Shown one piece after another: positions 50,200 through 62,697 of a stretch of 64,000 nt of DNA (position 1 is the first letter of the stretch; each line of letters opens with the position of its first letter). Location: positions 2,036,618 to 2,100,617 of the forward strand of contig BQFW01000011.1 in the NCBI GenBank assembly GCA_020891255.1, written 5' to 3'. The notes under the pieces are model-generated. The model was not told the origin of the DNA. It saw only the letters and a program-made list of their open reading frames with translations, and made no database searches. Both the position numbers and the translations under genes were made by a program. Source of the stretch: Entomortierella parvispora E1425 (taxonomy: Eukaryota > Fungi > Mortierellomycota).

Positions 50200-50990
50200 G
50201 CAAAACAGACCAACTTGGAGCAGTCAGTCTGCAATGGGCTTGAAGGATGGACCGCAGGGAGCGTCCATCGGTGGTATCTGGGGCAGCCGCGGCAGAGGGC
50301 AGCAGCAGCAGAGTCAGCCCCAAATCTCTATTTCTCACAGGTGAGGAAGATGAGCAAGTGGGGAGAGAAGAGAAGAGAACCCCCTCCTGGACTCCATTCC
50401 CTCAGAAGGGAGTGGGGTGGCGAGTCCGGCCAGGGGGGAAGATCCACGTCGAGATCAACAACTTGACCGAAGGGAATCAGCATGCAGCGACATGCGACGG
50501 GCTTGAGTGGATGGCGCGCAGGAAGCGTCCATCGGTGATATCTGGGGCAACAGCAATAGAGGCTGCTGCAGCAGAATCAGCTCCCAGTCCCAACTCCCAT
50601 CCCTCACACAAAAGGGATGGGCAAGTGGGGAGAAAACCCCCTGGCCCCCAGTCCCTCGGGGGGGAGTGGGCAGGAGCCGGCCAGAGGGGGAGGATCCGCG
50701 CCGAGATCAACAACTTGGCTGAAGGGAATCAGCATGCAGCGACATGCGACGGGCTTGAGTGGATGGCGCGCAGGAAGCGTCCATCGGTGACATCTGGGGC
50801 AATAGCAATAGATGCTGCTGCTGCAGAATCAGCCCCCAATCCCAACTCCCATCCCTCACACAAAAGGGATGGGCAAGTGGGAGAAACCCCCCTGGCCCCC
50901 AGTCCCTCGGGGGGAGTGGGTGGGGGCCGGCCAGGGGGGAAGATCCGCGCCGAGATCAACAACTTGGCCACAGGGAATCGACATGCAGTG
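50200..50990. repeat. Three tandem copies of a ~252-262-bp G-rich unit
   Basis: GGGCTTGA..GGATGG..CGCAGG.AGCGTCCATCGGTG recurs at ~50237, ~50499 and ~50751. Confidence 0.9.
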
Positions 50991-51407
50991 ACATGATGGT
51001 CATAATTGAATGGAGCGCCAACCAGTGACAACTAGAGCAAATAGAGGCAAAGACCAAGATCGACCTCCTAGCTCAGTCTCCAAAGGGAGAGAAGGCCCAA
51101 CCAAAAGACCACTGAAGCGAGAAGCCCGGCTGGCTGTGGTCTATGTGAACAAGAAAACAAAAAGGACATCAGCATGGATTCTTTTTCCAAGAAGAGAGCA
51201 ACACCAAGCGCTTGAGAAGCAACACCTACTGCAGAAGTGGACAGAACAACACGCTGGAGTGAAGCTTTTTTTTTGTTTCCGCCAAAAAAAAAAAAAAGAT
51301 CAAGCCCGCAGGACAGAAGTGAATAGCAACTATGCAGGGAAGCGAAAAGTCCGTCCATTGTCAGATCCAGTCAGGAGGGTTTGGCCAAGAATAATGAGCC
51401 AAGAGGA

Positions 51408-51745
51408 GGACCAGGGCTAGGAAGAGCCAGGACCAAGAAGAGGGCCAGGACTAGGAAGAGGGCCAGGACCAAGAAGAGGGCCAGGACCAGGAAGAGGGCC
51501 AGGACCAGGAAGAGGGCCAGGACCAGGAAGAGGGCCAGGACCAAGAAGAGGGCCAGGACTAGGAAGAGGGCCAGGACCAGGAAGAGGGCCAGGACTAGGA
51601 AGAGGGCCAGGACCAGGAAGAGGGCCAGGACCAGGAAGAGGGCCAGGACCAGGAAGAGGGCCAGGACCAGGAAGAGGGCCAGGACCAGGAAGAGGGCCAG
51701 GACCAGGAAGAGGGCCAGGACCAGGAAGAGGGCCAGGACCAAGAA
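51408..51745. repeat. 18-bp minisatellite (GGACCAGGAAGAGGGCCA) x ~18
   Basis: Read directly; a second, shorter 17/18-bp array of the same unit is at ~53050-53238. Confidence 0.95.
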
Positions 51746-52149
51746 GAAAACCCCCGACCTCGACCTGATCCGAAACTTCAGTCGACTCAGAACCAAGGTC
51801 AAGGTCACTGGCTAGGTTGGCAACAGCAAGAAGAGACCACGTTAGAATGCATTTCGTTTTTTTTTCCCTTTCCGCTGTCCGTGACTTTTCGCAGCACTTT
51901 TCTTTCTTTTTGCCTTTGCGGCTCTGAGAAATCACTCTTTCCCCGTTCTTCAAAAGATACTCTTCTCAAACTTACCGTACGAACGGATGCAACATCCAGG
52001 ACAGCAAGGACAGCAGGGTGCAACCAGTCTATGTCTTCTGTGCGAATGTGGACCCATGCAACAAAAAGTACTAGACTCGAGGCATGGCTCCGGCGTTTCA
52101 GAAATCAGAAACTTCATGATGGCATGTAATGTCACATGCAACAGGCATT

Positions 52150-52410
52150 GAGTCGGCAGGCAACGACAGGCAACGACAGGCAGCAACTTGACTGAGTGGG
52201 CCAAGCATGGAGTTGACAGGCAACGACAGGCAGCAACTTGACTGAGTGGGCCAAGCATGGAGTTGACAGGCAACGACAGGCAGCAACTTGACTGAATTGG
52301 CCAGGCATGGAGTCGACAGGCAACGACAGGCAGCAACTTGACTGAATGGGCCAGGCATGGAGTCGACAGGCAGCAACTTGACTGAATGGGCCAGGCATGG
52401 AGTCGACAGG
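52150..52410. repeat. 50/40-bp tandem repeat x5
   Basis: CAGCAACTTGACTGA anchors at 52181, 52231, 52281, 52331, 52371 (40-bp core plus a 10-bp CAACGACAGG subunit). Diverged copies at ~54090-54250 and ~55550. Confidence 0.92.
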
Positions 52411-55400
52411 CAAGACAGGCAACGGTTCGACCGAAAGACTCCAGGAAGTAGCCACAGGGCAAAAGCCAACAGAGTCGGTCCTGGTGCCCTAGTCCCAGCT
52501 CACATAGTCTCAGCCTCCATCCCCCACATGTGGGGGAGATGGGCAAGTGCCCTCTGGCTAAGGAGATTGGTGACAGGCGATGGGCTTGAATGATGGAGCA
52601 CAGAGAGCGCCCCTAGCGACAACTGGACCAGACAGACCCAAAGACCCAAGGCCCACAATGGACAATCTGGGGAGACCCACCAGAGGAGATCTGCTCGACT
52701 GAAGGACCAAAGGAAGCAAGGGGCCCAACCAAAATACCACTGAAGCAAGCGCGGGCAGGCGCTAGGTCTATATGGACAAAAACCAAGAGGACATCAGCAT
52801 GGATTCTTTTTCCAAGAAGGAACATCAAGCGCTTGAGGAGCAACACCTACTGCAGGAGCGGACAGAACGACACGCCTGGGGTGAAGCTTTTTTTTTTTTT
52901 GGCTCCGCAACCAAAAAAAAAAATCAGGGCCGCAGCAGGTCGGAGGCAGACACAGCCTGACAGAACGGCATGGCAGAAGCGGACAGAAAAGTCCTTCGAT
53001 TGCTAGATCCGGCCATAGAGGGTTTGGCCAGAATAATGAGCCAAGAGGAGGACCAGGACCAGGAAGAGGGCCAGGACCAGGAAGAGGCCAGGACCAGGAA
53101 GAGGCCAGGACCAGGAAGAGGCCAGGACCAGGAAGAGGCCAGGACCAGGAAGAGGCCAGGACCAGGAAGAGGACAGGAAGAGGACCAGGACCAGGAAGAG
53201 GGCCAGGACCAGGAAGAGGACCAGGACCAGGAAGAGGACGCTGTTGACTTCCTAACTGCGTAGACAATAAAACGAAGAGAACGTCAGAATGAGCGTTTCT
53301 TTTTTCTCTTCCTCCTCTCTCTCTCTCTCTCTCCTCTCTCTTTCTCTCTCTCTCCTCTCTCTCTCTCTCTTCTTTCCTTGGGAGGGATTTCAGACGCGTG
53401 AAGAGTCGCCTTGCTTACCAGAGGAGCGGGCAGTGCAGAAAGTCGTTTCATTTTGCAAAGCGTCAGACGGACCACACAACCAGAAAAAACCCCCCGACCT
53501 CGACCTGATTCGAAACTTCAGTCGAGTCAGAACCTAGGTCAAGGTCACTGGAGAAGGAAACGGAAACCCTTGTCCGCAAGCCAAAAGAGACATGCTGGCC
53601 TGAACATGCTTGGCTAGGTTGGCAACAGCAAGAAGAGACCACGTTAGAATGCATTTCTTTTTTTTCCCTTTCCGCTGTCCGTGGCTTGTCGCAATTTTCT
53701 TTCATTTTGCCTTTGCGGCTCTGAGAAATCACTCTTTCCCCGTTCTTCAAAAGATACTCTTCTCAAACTTACCGTACGAACGGATGCAACATCCAGGACA
53801 GCAAGGACAGCAGGGTGCAACCAGTCTATGTCTTCTGTGCGAATGTGGACCCATGCAACAAAAAGTACTAGACTCGAGGCATGGCTCCGGCGTTTTAGAA
53901 AACCAGAAACTTGAATCGAGACCGTGCAGAAGCAGGACAACGCAGGTTTTCATGCAAAACCTCAAGACCCACAGGTGCAGGTTATGGGCTCATCCTTCTG
54001 ACATCCGGTCCTCGGAAGGAGCAGGAGCGGAGGGTCAAAGGAGGGCAATCCAGCTTGGCTGGATGGACAGCATGATGATGACATGTAATGTCACATGCAG
54101 CAACTTGACTGAATAGACCAGGCAGGAGTCGACAAGCAACGCCTGGCAACAACTTGACTAAGCAGACCAGCATGGAGTTGACAGGCAGCGACAGGCAACA
54201 ATGTGACTGAGTGGGCCAACATGTGGTTGACAGGTAACGACAGGCATCAGTTCGACCGAAAGACTCCAGGAAGCGGCCACAGGCGACAACGGTAGCAATT
54301 CTCAACGGAGATCCAGGATTCTTGAGTACCGATTGGGTGATGGATTCACCCTTCATCGCCTTGGTATCGATGAGGGTGATAAACTTGACTGAGAAATCAT
54401 CACGGAGGCAATATTCAACGGCTCGACCCCAAGGAATACTGGAACGAACTTATCGACGACGACCCAGCAACGGCCCTCTCCTCTTGCTATTTTGCGTGGA
54501 ATCAGACCACACCTAGTCAAGTGTGCGAGTTTGTCTAGGACTCATGCAAAAGCCACTAGGCGCCGTCTCTAAAGCAGGAATCGTAGTAGGCGAAAAAGAA
54601 TCAGCCCACTTGGATTGACGGCAAGGAGCTCAAGGATCGAGGAGAATGGATACCGTTGACGCTCTTGACTATATCGACAATAAAATCAGCTAAAGTCGTT
54701 AGAACGATTGCTTTTTTTTTTTCTATCCCTCGAAAGGGATATCACAGTATCACAGGCGTGGCAGACACTTACCAAAGGAGCGAATAAAACGGCGGTGTGA
54801 ACAAAGATAAGTAGCCTGCCTGATTATATCGACAACATGGGAAGGGTTAGAACGATTGTCCCTCCATTTGTCTTTTTGCACGAGAGGCTTTCAAACGCGT
54901 GAGGAACAACACTTACCATAGAAGCGGATTGAACAAGTGGGATTTGCAACAAAGCAGGCCAGGAACTCTTTTTTTCTAAGCGGGCAACGAACCACACAAT
55001 CAAGGACCCCTCCTCCGAACTCCTGTCGACTAGACCAGTGCTGTGAGGTCTGAGGCTGAGGATACCCTGTCTTCCTGAACATGCTTGGCTGCGGACAAAA
55101 AAAAAAAAAAAAAAAAACGAAAAAAGGCACATCACGTGCGTCAACCATCTCGTACTCGATTCTCGTCCTCGTTGGAGCTGCCCATCCGTCTTTGTCTCTT
55201 TTCAACGACACGCCCCAAAAAACTTACCATACGAACGGATGCAACTTCCAGGACTGCAGGAACGGTAGGAACGGCAGGATACAGCCAGTTTGTTTCTTTT
55301 TTGCGAATATGGTTCACGAAACAGACCCAAGATGTAGCTCCCAGCGCTTCAGAAAACCAGAAACTTGAGTCGAGACCGCGGAGCAGCAGGAACAATGCCA

Positions 55401-57187
55401 GTCTTTCATGCCAAAAACTCAAGACCCATATGGGCGGGCTTTTGGGTTCAGCCTTTGAACACCCAGTCCTCGGAGGTAGTAGGAGAGGTTCTTCAAAGGT
55501 GGGCAGATCAACCTCATCGAAAGAGCGGCTTGGAGATGACATGTAATGACACATGCAACAGCTTGATTGAAAGAGCCAGCATGGAGTCGACAGGCAACGA
55601 TAGGCATTTCGACTGAAGGACTCCAGGAAGCAGCCATAGACGACAACGAGGGCAGACCTTAACCCAGATCCAGGACTCACGCATGCGAATCGTGAATGTG
55701 GTTTCATCCCCTTGGTGCCCCGACCCGACAGGGGCAGGAGGGATTTCTGGCCAGCATAAAGTTGGTATTCAACGATTCAGCGGAAGACATGGACCGGACC
55801 AGACATGGGACAACAGAACTGTGACGGCTGCCCCTCCTTTCTTTTTTTTGAGCGGAGACGGACCTCGCCATCAAAAAGAACCAGCGCCCGATCCAGAGTT
55901 CCGGTCAGTCAAAAACTTAGGGCAATGATCGCAAGGAACATGGAACTGGCTAGAGCCGAGGCGAGCAGACGCTGTCAACATGCCCGACTACATGGACGAT
56001 GAAACAAGAGGGGGCGTTAGAATAAGTTTTCTTTATCTCTCTTCCATACAAGCCAACTTCACTCACCGCAGGGAATAGACATGGAAGCAAGACAGAAAGG
56101 ATGTGTCCAAACCATGTAACAAAGCTCCTGTGGTCCATGCCATGATGAAATTACGACGTCTACTCCCAGGAAACCGTAAAGTTGAGTCAAGACCGCAAGT
56201 TGCCGCTACAAGAGGAGTAAGCAGGTATGAGTGGGCTGAAAAGACCAATTGGCCAGGATGGAAGTCCGGAGAGAAGACCAGAAAAGGGCGCCTTTGACAT
56301 GGTAGGAGCAATCACAATGACAATGTGGCAACGGTCTGCAAGGAAGAGGCGGAAGAATGGAAACATCTCACCTGAATGGAGGACCGAAGACCAGACGCTG
56401 GGTCAGACTACGTAGGATATAAAATCAACTAAAGCCGTCAGTTGAAATACTTTCTCCGTTTATCTTCCTCAGTAGGGAACATCGAATGTATGAATTGTAG
56501 GCTGCACTTACTGAAACTAGAGCAGATATAACAACCGGGCAGGAACAGCCGCCATCTGCAGCTTGGAAGCTGAATGTTTTTTTTTTTGGAGCAAAAAAAA
56601 AAAAAAAAAAAAAAAAAAGAGGCCCAGTCTCGACCCCAGAACCCCTGTCAGTTCAGATCATGTCAAGGCCGCAAGGCGCCGCCACGGAAGCAGGGAGCAG
56701 AGTAGGCGAAAAGGAGACAGCCGCTTGAATTGACAGCAAGGATTCAAAGGACCGAGGAGATATATACCATTGACATTCTTAACTCTATGGACAAAGCAGT
56801 TGAAATGGTTAGAACGATTGCTCTTTCTTTCTATCTCTCTTCCATTGAAAGGGGTATTGTAGGCGTGAAGAGCAGATGCTTACCAAGGGAGCGAATACGA
56901 GAAGTGTGAGGACACGGGCAAAAAGGAGCAGATGTCATCAACTGGATGGACTAATTGCTGGACAATATGGACAATAAAGACCATGGAGGTCGTTAGAATG
57001 AGATATCTTCTTTCGTAATGATCAACACTTACTAGGAGAGAAGACATGGGGCAGCAACGATCTGAGCAGGGTGGCAGCAATTGTAGTCAATTTTTTTATT
57101 TTATTTTTTTTCTGGCGCGAGGGAGCACGAACAAAAAAAAAAAAAAAAAAAAAAAAAGACTGACTGACTGACAGACAACATCCAAGA

Positions 57188-60100
57188 CTATACATCGTAG
57201 TTTTCCCGAGGACGCATCCAGAATTCCAACCAGCCAAATGCCTCGGCCAAGGAGGCAAGGTGCCTCTCCTTGAGGAGGAAGTCGACGAAGTTGGGACGAC
57301 ACTTGTTTGGTGCAAGCGGGGGCAGAGCCAAGAAGGTGGCAACAACTTTCGGAGGGGCACGATCAAGGAGCTTTTCTTGCCAGCCGCAATCGACAACATG
57401 GGTTTGATGAAAAATGTTGTTGCATTCCGAACAGCGCGCTCCACAAGCGAATTTGTTCAGGTGCCAAGCAATTGCGTTCTTGCGTAGGCGGAGTGACTTG
57501 AAGTAGATGGCGGTAACAGGCCCTATACCTCTCGTGCGCATCTGAGGCTCGAAATACTTGCAAAGCCGCAGCGTCCGGAAGCACTCGTCAAGGAACCTCT
57601 TCCGCAGCCAGACCTTCAATGAATCGACTTTTTCTTCTCTTCTAAGTCTTGCCAGATAATTTTGATACAACAGGCGGTCCGGGTGCTTGTGGCACTTTGG
57701 AAGAATCCGGTCCTTATTTCGGCCAACATTGCCGAAGAGGACATCACGGAGGGTTCTTGCTGGGTTGTTCCCATCCATTCCAATAAAGTGGTCCGTAAGG
57801 AGGCAGGCCAAGTCGGAGAATCGCACGTAGATAGTTGGCAAGGCAAGAAATGAGTGAGTAACCTTTGTAGGGTCCTTGAACTCCAAAATCCATTTCAGGG
57901 CCGCGTCTTGGACTGTCGCTATAGCCTTCAAGTGCTCTGTCCTAGACTTGCTGTCATTCTGGATCCAGTGGTACATGATGCCTGCACCATATTCCATTCT
58001 AGAGCGGACAAACGCGCGATACAAAGCTAGCCGTAGACCTGCAGACCACTTGGAATTACCCCTGGCTTCGCAGAACTTCAGAGTCTTTGATGCTTTTAAA
58101 GCCATGGATTTCAAGTGTTCAGCCCAGTCGATCCCTCTGGATTTGTATGGGAATCCAAGGTAGTTGTAGCATTCAACCCGAGGGATTGGGCCAATACCGC
58201 GAAGGACCAAGTCACGATCACCATGGGTCAGACCAACCACCCCGCATTTAGCGAGATTGATCGTCATACCGTTCTCGTGGCACCAGTCGACCAAGTCATT
58301 GGAAGTAACTTGCAAGTGGTGCAGTGCATGGGATCCAGCTGTTATATCGTCGGCGTACAACAGCGCTCGCGGTATTTTCTTCGGGTCCGGAGTATCCTTG
58401 TTAAGCTTGTGAGCCAGGTCGTCGATAAAGATGTCAAACAATAGAGGAGACAAGATGGAGCCTTGGAGCAGGCCTCGGCTCAGGGGAATAGACTCTGTCT
58501 GCCTCCCATTGACGATAACCTTAGTAGATGTGCCGACAAAGAGGGCGTCTACGAGCGACAAAATCTGAGCGGATGCTCCTCGGGTTTTCATCTTTGAAAG
58601 TAGCAGAGGCACTGGGACTGTATCATATGCTTGGGCAAAATCGTAAAAGACACGATACTTTTGTCCGCGGATAGCACAGTCGTCAGCAACCAATGCATGA
58701 GTCAAAGTTGAAAATCCGTTACGGAAGCCAGCTTGAGTGTGATGAAGCTTGGAGGCATCAGACTCCAAAAGATGTCCCAAAAGAACTTTTCGAAGGTCCG
58801 CCGAATCATCAATGTAAGGGAAATTGGCCGGAATTTGTCAATGGTCGTAGCACCCTCTGTCTTCGGAATAGGATTGATTACGGAGACATTCCATGATGAT
58901 GGCGTGACACCGAGCAAACAGCAAATCCTGAAAAGGCCAGCAATGTGTTCTGGAAGCTCGGTGCCTTGAAGTGCTCGTAGGAGTTGGACATGGATCCCAT
59001 CCTCTCCACCAGAGGCGTTGGTCGGGTATTTCTTCCAGATTGCTTGCATGTTATCCTTCGTAAACATATCGTCCAAGCCAGGATCAGGCTCAAAGGAGAT
59101 GCCACGGTAAGGGGATCGAGCCGCAGGTAGGAATCGTGGATCGGGCTGAGTGAAAACAGACCTGTAGTGCGAGACAACATCTGCCACTGGAGAGATGGTA
59201 GGGTCCCGAGATTTCAGAGCCACCACCTGGCTGCGACACGCTCGTTTGAAGATACGGATGGCGTCATTCATCTTCGGGACCGAAGACAAAGAATCAGAGA
59301 GCTTGTCTGGAGTAGTACGAATGACGCTGGGGACATAAGAGCCGCATGCTTCTTCAGCCGCTGTCAAGATAGCTGAAGAAAGACAATCGTCAAGATGATC
59401 CACCACTGCTTGTCTGTCTTGGAGGAAACTCCATCCAAAGAACGCGCGTCAGAGAGTCGCCGTACGCGCGATACAGTGTCCATGATAAACTTGTCGAATT
59501 GGTTGGCCAGTTCCATGTAGTAACCACAGCAGAGAGAACGAACTGCTTTTAGTTCCAAGTACTTCAGACTGATACGGTAACACTCGTCGGTAGTGCCAGT
59601 ATCATGTATATCACGAGGCGTGAACTTGCAAGACATGAGACTGTGGTCCGTATCTGTCCATACTGAGGGGTCAACCCGTTCATACCTCCAAGAGAAGTCT
59701 GGGTGAAAGCGAGCCAATACATGATGGTTCTTGGCGTAGACAGAAGAGGGAAAACTCGGTTGTAATGGTAATGATGGACCAGCTCCTGAACTATGGTGAC
59801 ACGTTCACCGATAGGGGGGGAAGGTTTGGTTCTCCTAGCTTGGTGTTGATGTCTCCGAGAAGAATATCTGGACGAGATCTCGAAGAAAGGTGGGCGACGG
59901 GATCGAACAAAGCTGAACGGAAGCTGGGGTTCTTGAGAGAAGGAGGAAGATATAAGGCGCGGATGTTGGTGCCAAAGATGGACACGTCAATTGAGTGCCG
60001 AGTGACTGAAAAGGTGCAGTGTGATCGCTTGAGTTGGTGGGAGACAACACAGATGATACCACCATAAAGCCGGCCATTAACTGGTCGACTTCCAGGTATG

Positions 60101-60282
60101 GGCGTAGAACAAAGGAAGAGAGGATGGCGACTGTAATAGTCAGGGCAGATATACCATGTCTCTGATAAGAAGATGATATCGAAGGGGGATGGGCCAGAAA
60201 CGAAAGAAACGATTCTGTCAAATGAACCTGCCTGAAGACCGCGGCAGTTCAAGTAACCAGTACGGAGGACCTGATTATTCAT
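57188..60282 (-). CDS. LINE ORF2: AP endonuclease, reverse transcriptase, CCHC zinc knuckle (4 apparent frameshifts)
   Basis: EN: YLNCRGL, IFLSETW, YGGII, ALYLPPS, LLGDINTKLG, TDHSL. RT: IPK...FRPISL, QAGFR, FYDFAQAYDTV, GLLQGSILSPLLF, LLYADDI, KCGV, YLGF. C-terminal CSECNNIFHQTHVVDC. Confidence 0.93.
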
Positions 60283-62697
60283 GAGAGGAAGCGGGGCGTG
60301 TGGGTTCCTCATTAGCGCTTAGAGCGTCAGCACTGGCACCAGCTGTGTCTTCGGCAGCGGGATGCGTATGAGTGTCAACTAGCTCAGAATCAGAGGCGGT
60401 TGCAGTAGCAGCCAGGGGGGGATCAATATCCATTGCAGCAGAGGCGGCTTCAGAAGCAGCACCAGTCAGAGGGATATCAGTTTCCACCAGCCCGGAAGAA
60501 GCAGAGGCCGTCGCGGCAACAGTGCCAGTGTCCATCGGTCCAGAGAGATCAGGGAGATCTGTGGCAGATGTGGGAGCTGTGGGATCTGCTGCAGCAAGCA
60601 TGCTCAGGAAATCATCTCGCACGAAATCGCGGTTGGTCGTTGAAGCCGTTGTTTCAAGGCGGCGAATGTACGCCCCTCTCAGAAGCTCTGCAGTCTCTTC
60701 AGTGACATTGGGATCTTGAGGAACGGCTGGGTCATAGTTGGGCAAGTGTCTGAAAGTGAAGCTTTTCATAGACTCAATGAACTTGGCTCGGTAGGCAGCA
60801 TCGACCAAAAATTCGCACATAGACTTCCCAACAAATGAGATGTTGTAAATCAGTGAGGTACAAATTCTCAAACCACGCAACTTTGCCTTGAAAACCTTGA
60901 GAGGCCCGGACTGAACACCAGAAAAATATACTCGGACAGGAGCAATCGTTGGTCTTGCGGCCTCGGCAGCAGTTTTGCGTGCTCTGAAAGGTCTTGGAGG
61001 CTTCATGGACTTGACAATGTCCATCTGAGCCTTACTAGGACCTTGGCGAGCAGCACCAGCGTTAACTGTTGCCTTGGTTCTTGCTTTGGCAGGCGAATTG
61101 GACTGCGAGGCAACAGCAGAAACTGCTGCCGGTGATCTGGCTGCAGAATGGGACCGAGGAGAGGCAGGCTGAGCTTGGCGCGGCCGAACAGAGTCGATAC
61201 GAACTCGAACAGGCTTTGCTAGACCGGCCTGGACTCGAGTTGCGGGAATGACAGGTGGCCGGGAGTCTGCCTCCGCTGTCAGTGGTGCTTGGTTGGACTC
61301 GCGTTGCAGACGGAAGAGCTCTGTCACTTCTGCTTGGATGACGGCTTGAAGTTGGGTTGCAAGTTGGACTTCGAGTCGAGCTTCCAATTGCGCCAATTGG
61401 GCTGTAAATAGCTCGACAGCCTGCTCTCGGAATAAAGGTTGACCCTCAGTACGCTGTGGCTGCTCCTTTTGACAGGTAGTTTCCTCCATGCAGCCCTCCG
61501 CGTGGCGTCGTATTCCCAATGCAGCAGATGATAGTCTGGGAGGGGCATGCTGACGCGAGAGCTCTTGATCCGCCCCAGGCGGAAAACTCTGCGAATCTGG
61601 CTCAGTAGATTCAGGAGTCTCCGCGCGACGACGTTTCCCCAATGCAACAGATGATGGCCTGGGAGAGGAACTGTGTGTGTGCGAGAGCTCTTGACCCGCC
61701 CTGAGAGGAGAACTTTGGAAGGCTGGCAGAGTGGATCCAGATGCCAAGGCTACAGTCTGTATCGGAGTTCCCCTGACATCGGTGTCCACTGTGAGGGGTG
61801 GAGGCTCAAAGTGGGGGATGAGGAGCCCATCTGGCTTGCTTGTGGATCAATTTGTGACTGATCATCAACGATGAAGCTTAACGATGACTGACTGTTGGCA
61901 ACTGACTGAGAGGGCTGCAGAGAGTCAGGCGACCAGTGCGGGTACTGGGAGTGCCGGTGCTGCTGTGTCAGGGGAGATCCAAGGCGAGAAATTTGGGTAC
62001 CCAAAGCAGGTTGCAGCGGGGTCGAGGAAATCACCATTGTGCCAGAATCGTAATCGTCAAGCTCGTGCACTGATTCGGTGTCTGACAGCAGGCTATGACC
62101 GATCAAGTGCCATGGGGTACCATTATGATCCGCAGAGGCCCCATCTTGAGTGGCAGGGTGTTCTGCATGGTCCACAGAGGCCCCATCTTCAGTGGCAGGA
62201 TGTACCGCATGGTCCGCAGAGGCTCCATCTTGAGTGGCAGGGTGTTCCGCATGGTCCATAGAGGCCCCATCTTGAGGGGCAGGGAGTTCCATATTGTCAA
62301 CGGAGCATACAGCGTGGGTAGTAGGGTGTACAACATTAATAAGGACCCCTGTCGTCGCCTCCCTCCTATACGCTTCCGCATTTCTACGGACTACTCGTTC
62401 AGCTTTTGCGGGATCACGACTAACGACACGCAGAGTCTCCAGCATTTTTTGGACTTTAAAGGTACTTTTACAACCGCCACAACGGAAGCGGCGGATGTTT
62501 GAGCCCTGCGAGCACACTTGATCCTTGTAGAAGGACCGTGGGAAACGCTTATTGCAATCGGCATTCTCACAGCGTGTAGGCCAGAGTCTGCCAAATCTCT
62601 GGACGAGTTCCTCAGCCTCTAGTCGATTCACGTTTTCGTTCCAAGGTAAAGGTGGGGCCATGGCGAGAGCTTGCTCTATATTGTTGAAAAGGATCAT
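60275..62697 (-). CDS. LINE ORF1, probably a single ~800-aa protein split by one missing G
   Basis: N-terminal CENADC...RCGGC zinc-ribbon-like region; central S/P/Q-rich region; RVYFSGVQSGPLKVFKAKL...IYNISFVGKSMCEFLV core. One extra G in the run at 61770-61773 fuses ORFs 62697-61750 and 61789-60275. Confidence 0.75.

Larger units (their letters stand above)
51050..57060 (-). pseudogene. Nested segmental duplications of a decayed multi-exon gene
   Basis: A ~1.7-kb module is present twice (e.g. 51187/52812, 51750/53489, 51975/53769) with a third partial copy at ~55070-55640. Another block is duplicated at 54580-54900 and 56690-57010. Minus-strand GTAAG donors and CTAAC...AG acceptors persist, but no long ORF. 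Confidence 0.55.
57158..62697 (-). mobile_element. APE-type non-LTR retrotransposon (LINE), near full length
   Basis: ORF1-like gene, APE endonuclease, RT and C-terminal CCHC in order; (AGTC)n 3' tail at 57158-57176. No TSD found; the 5' boundary may extend to ~63450. Confidence 0.93.

Noticed and set aside
51371-53267. CRISPR-like reading of the 18-bp and 50-bp arrays, and their repeat ORFs
   Set aside because: Head-to-tail repeats with no unique spacers, no cas genes, and a eukaryotic context.
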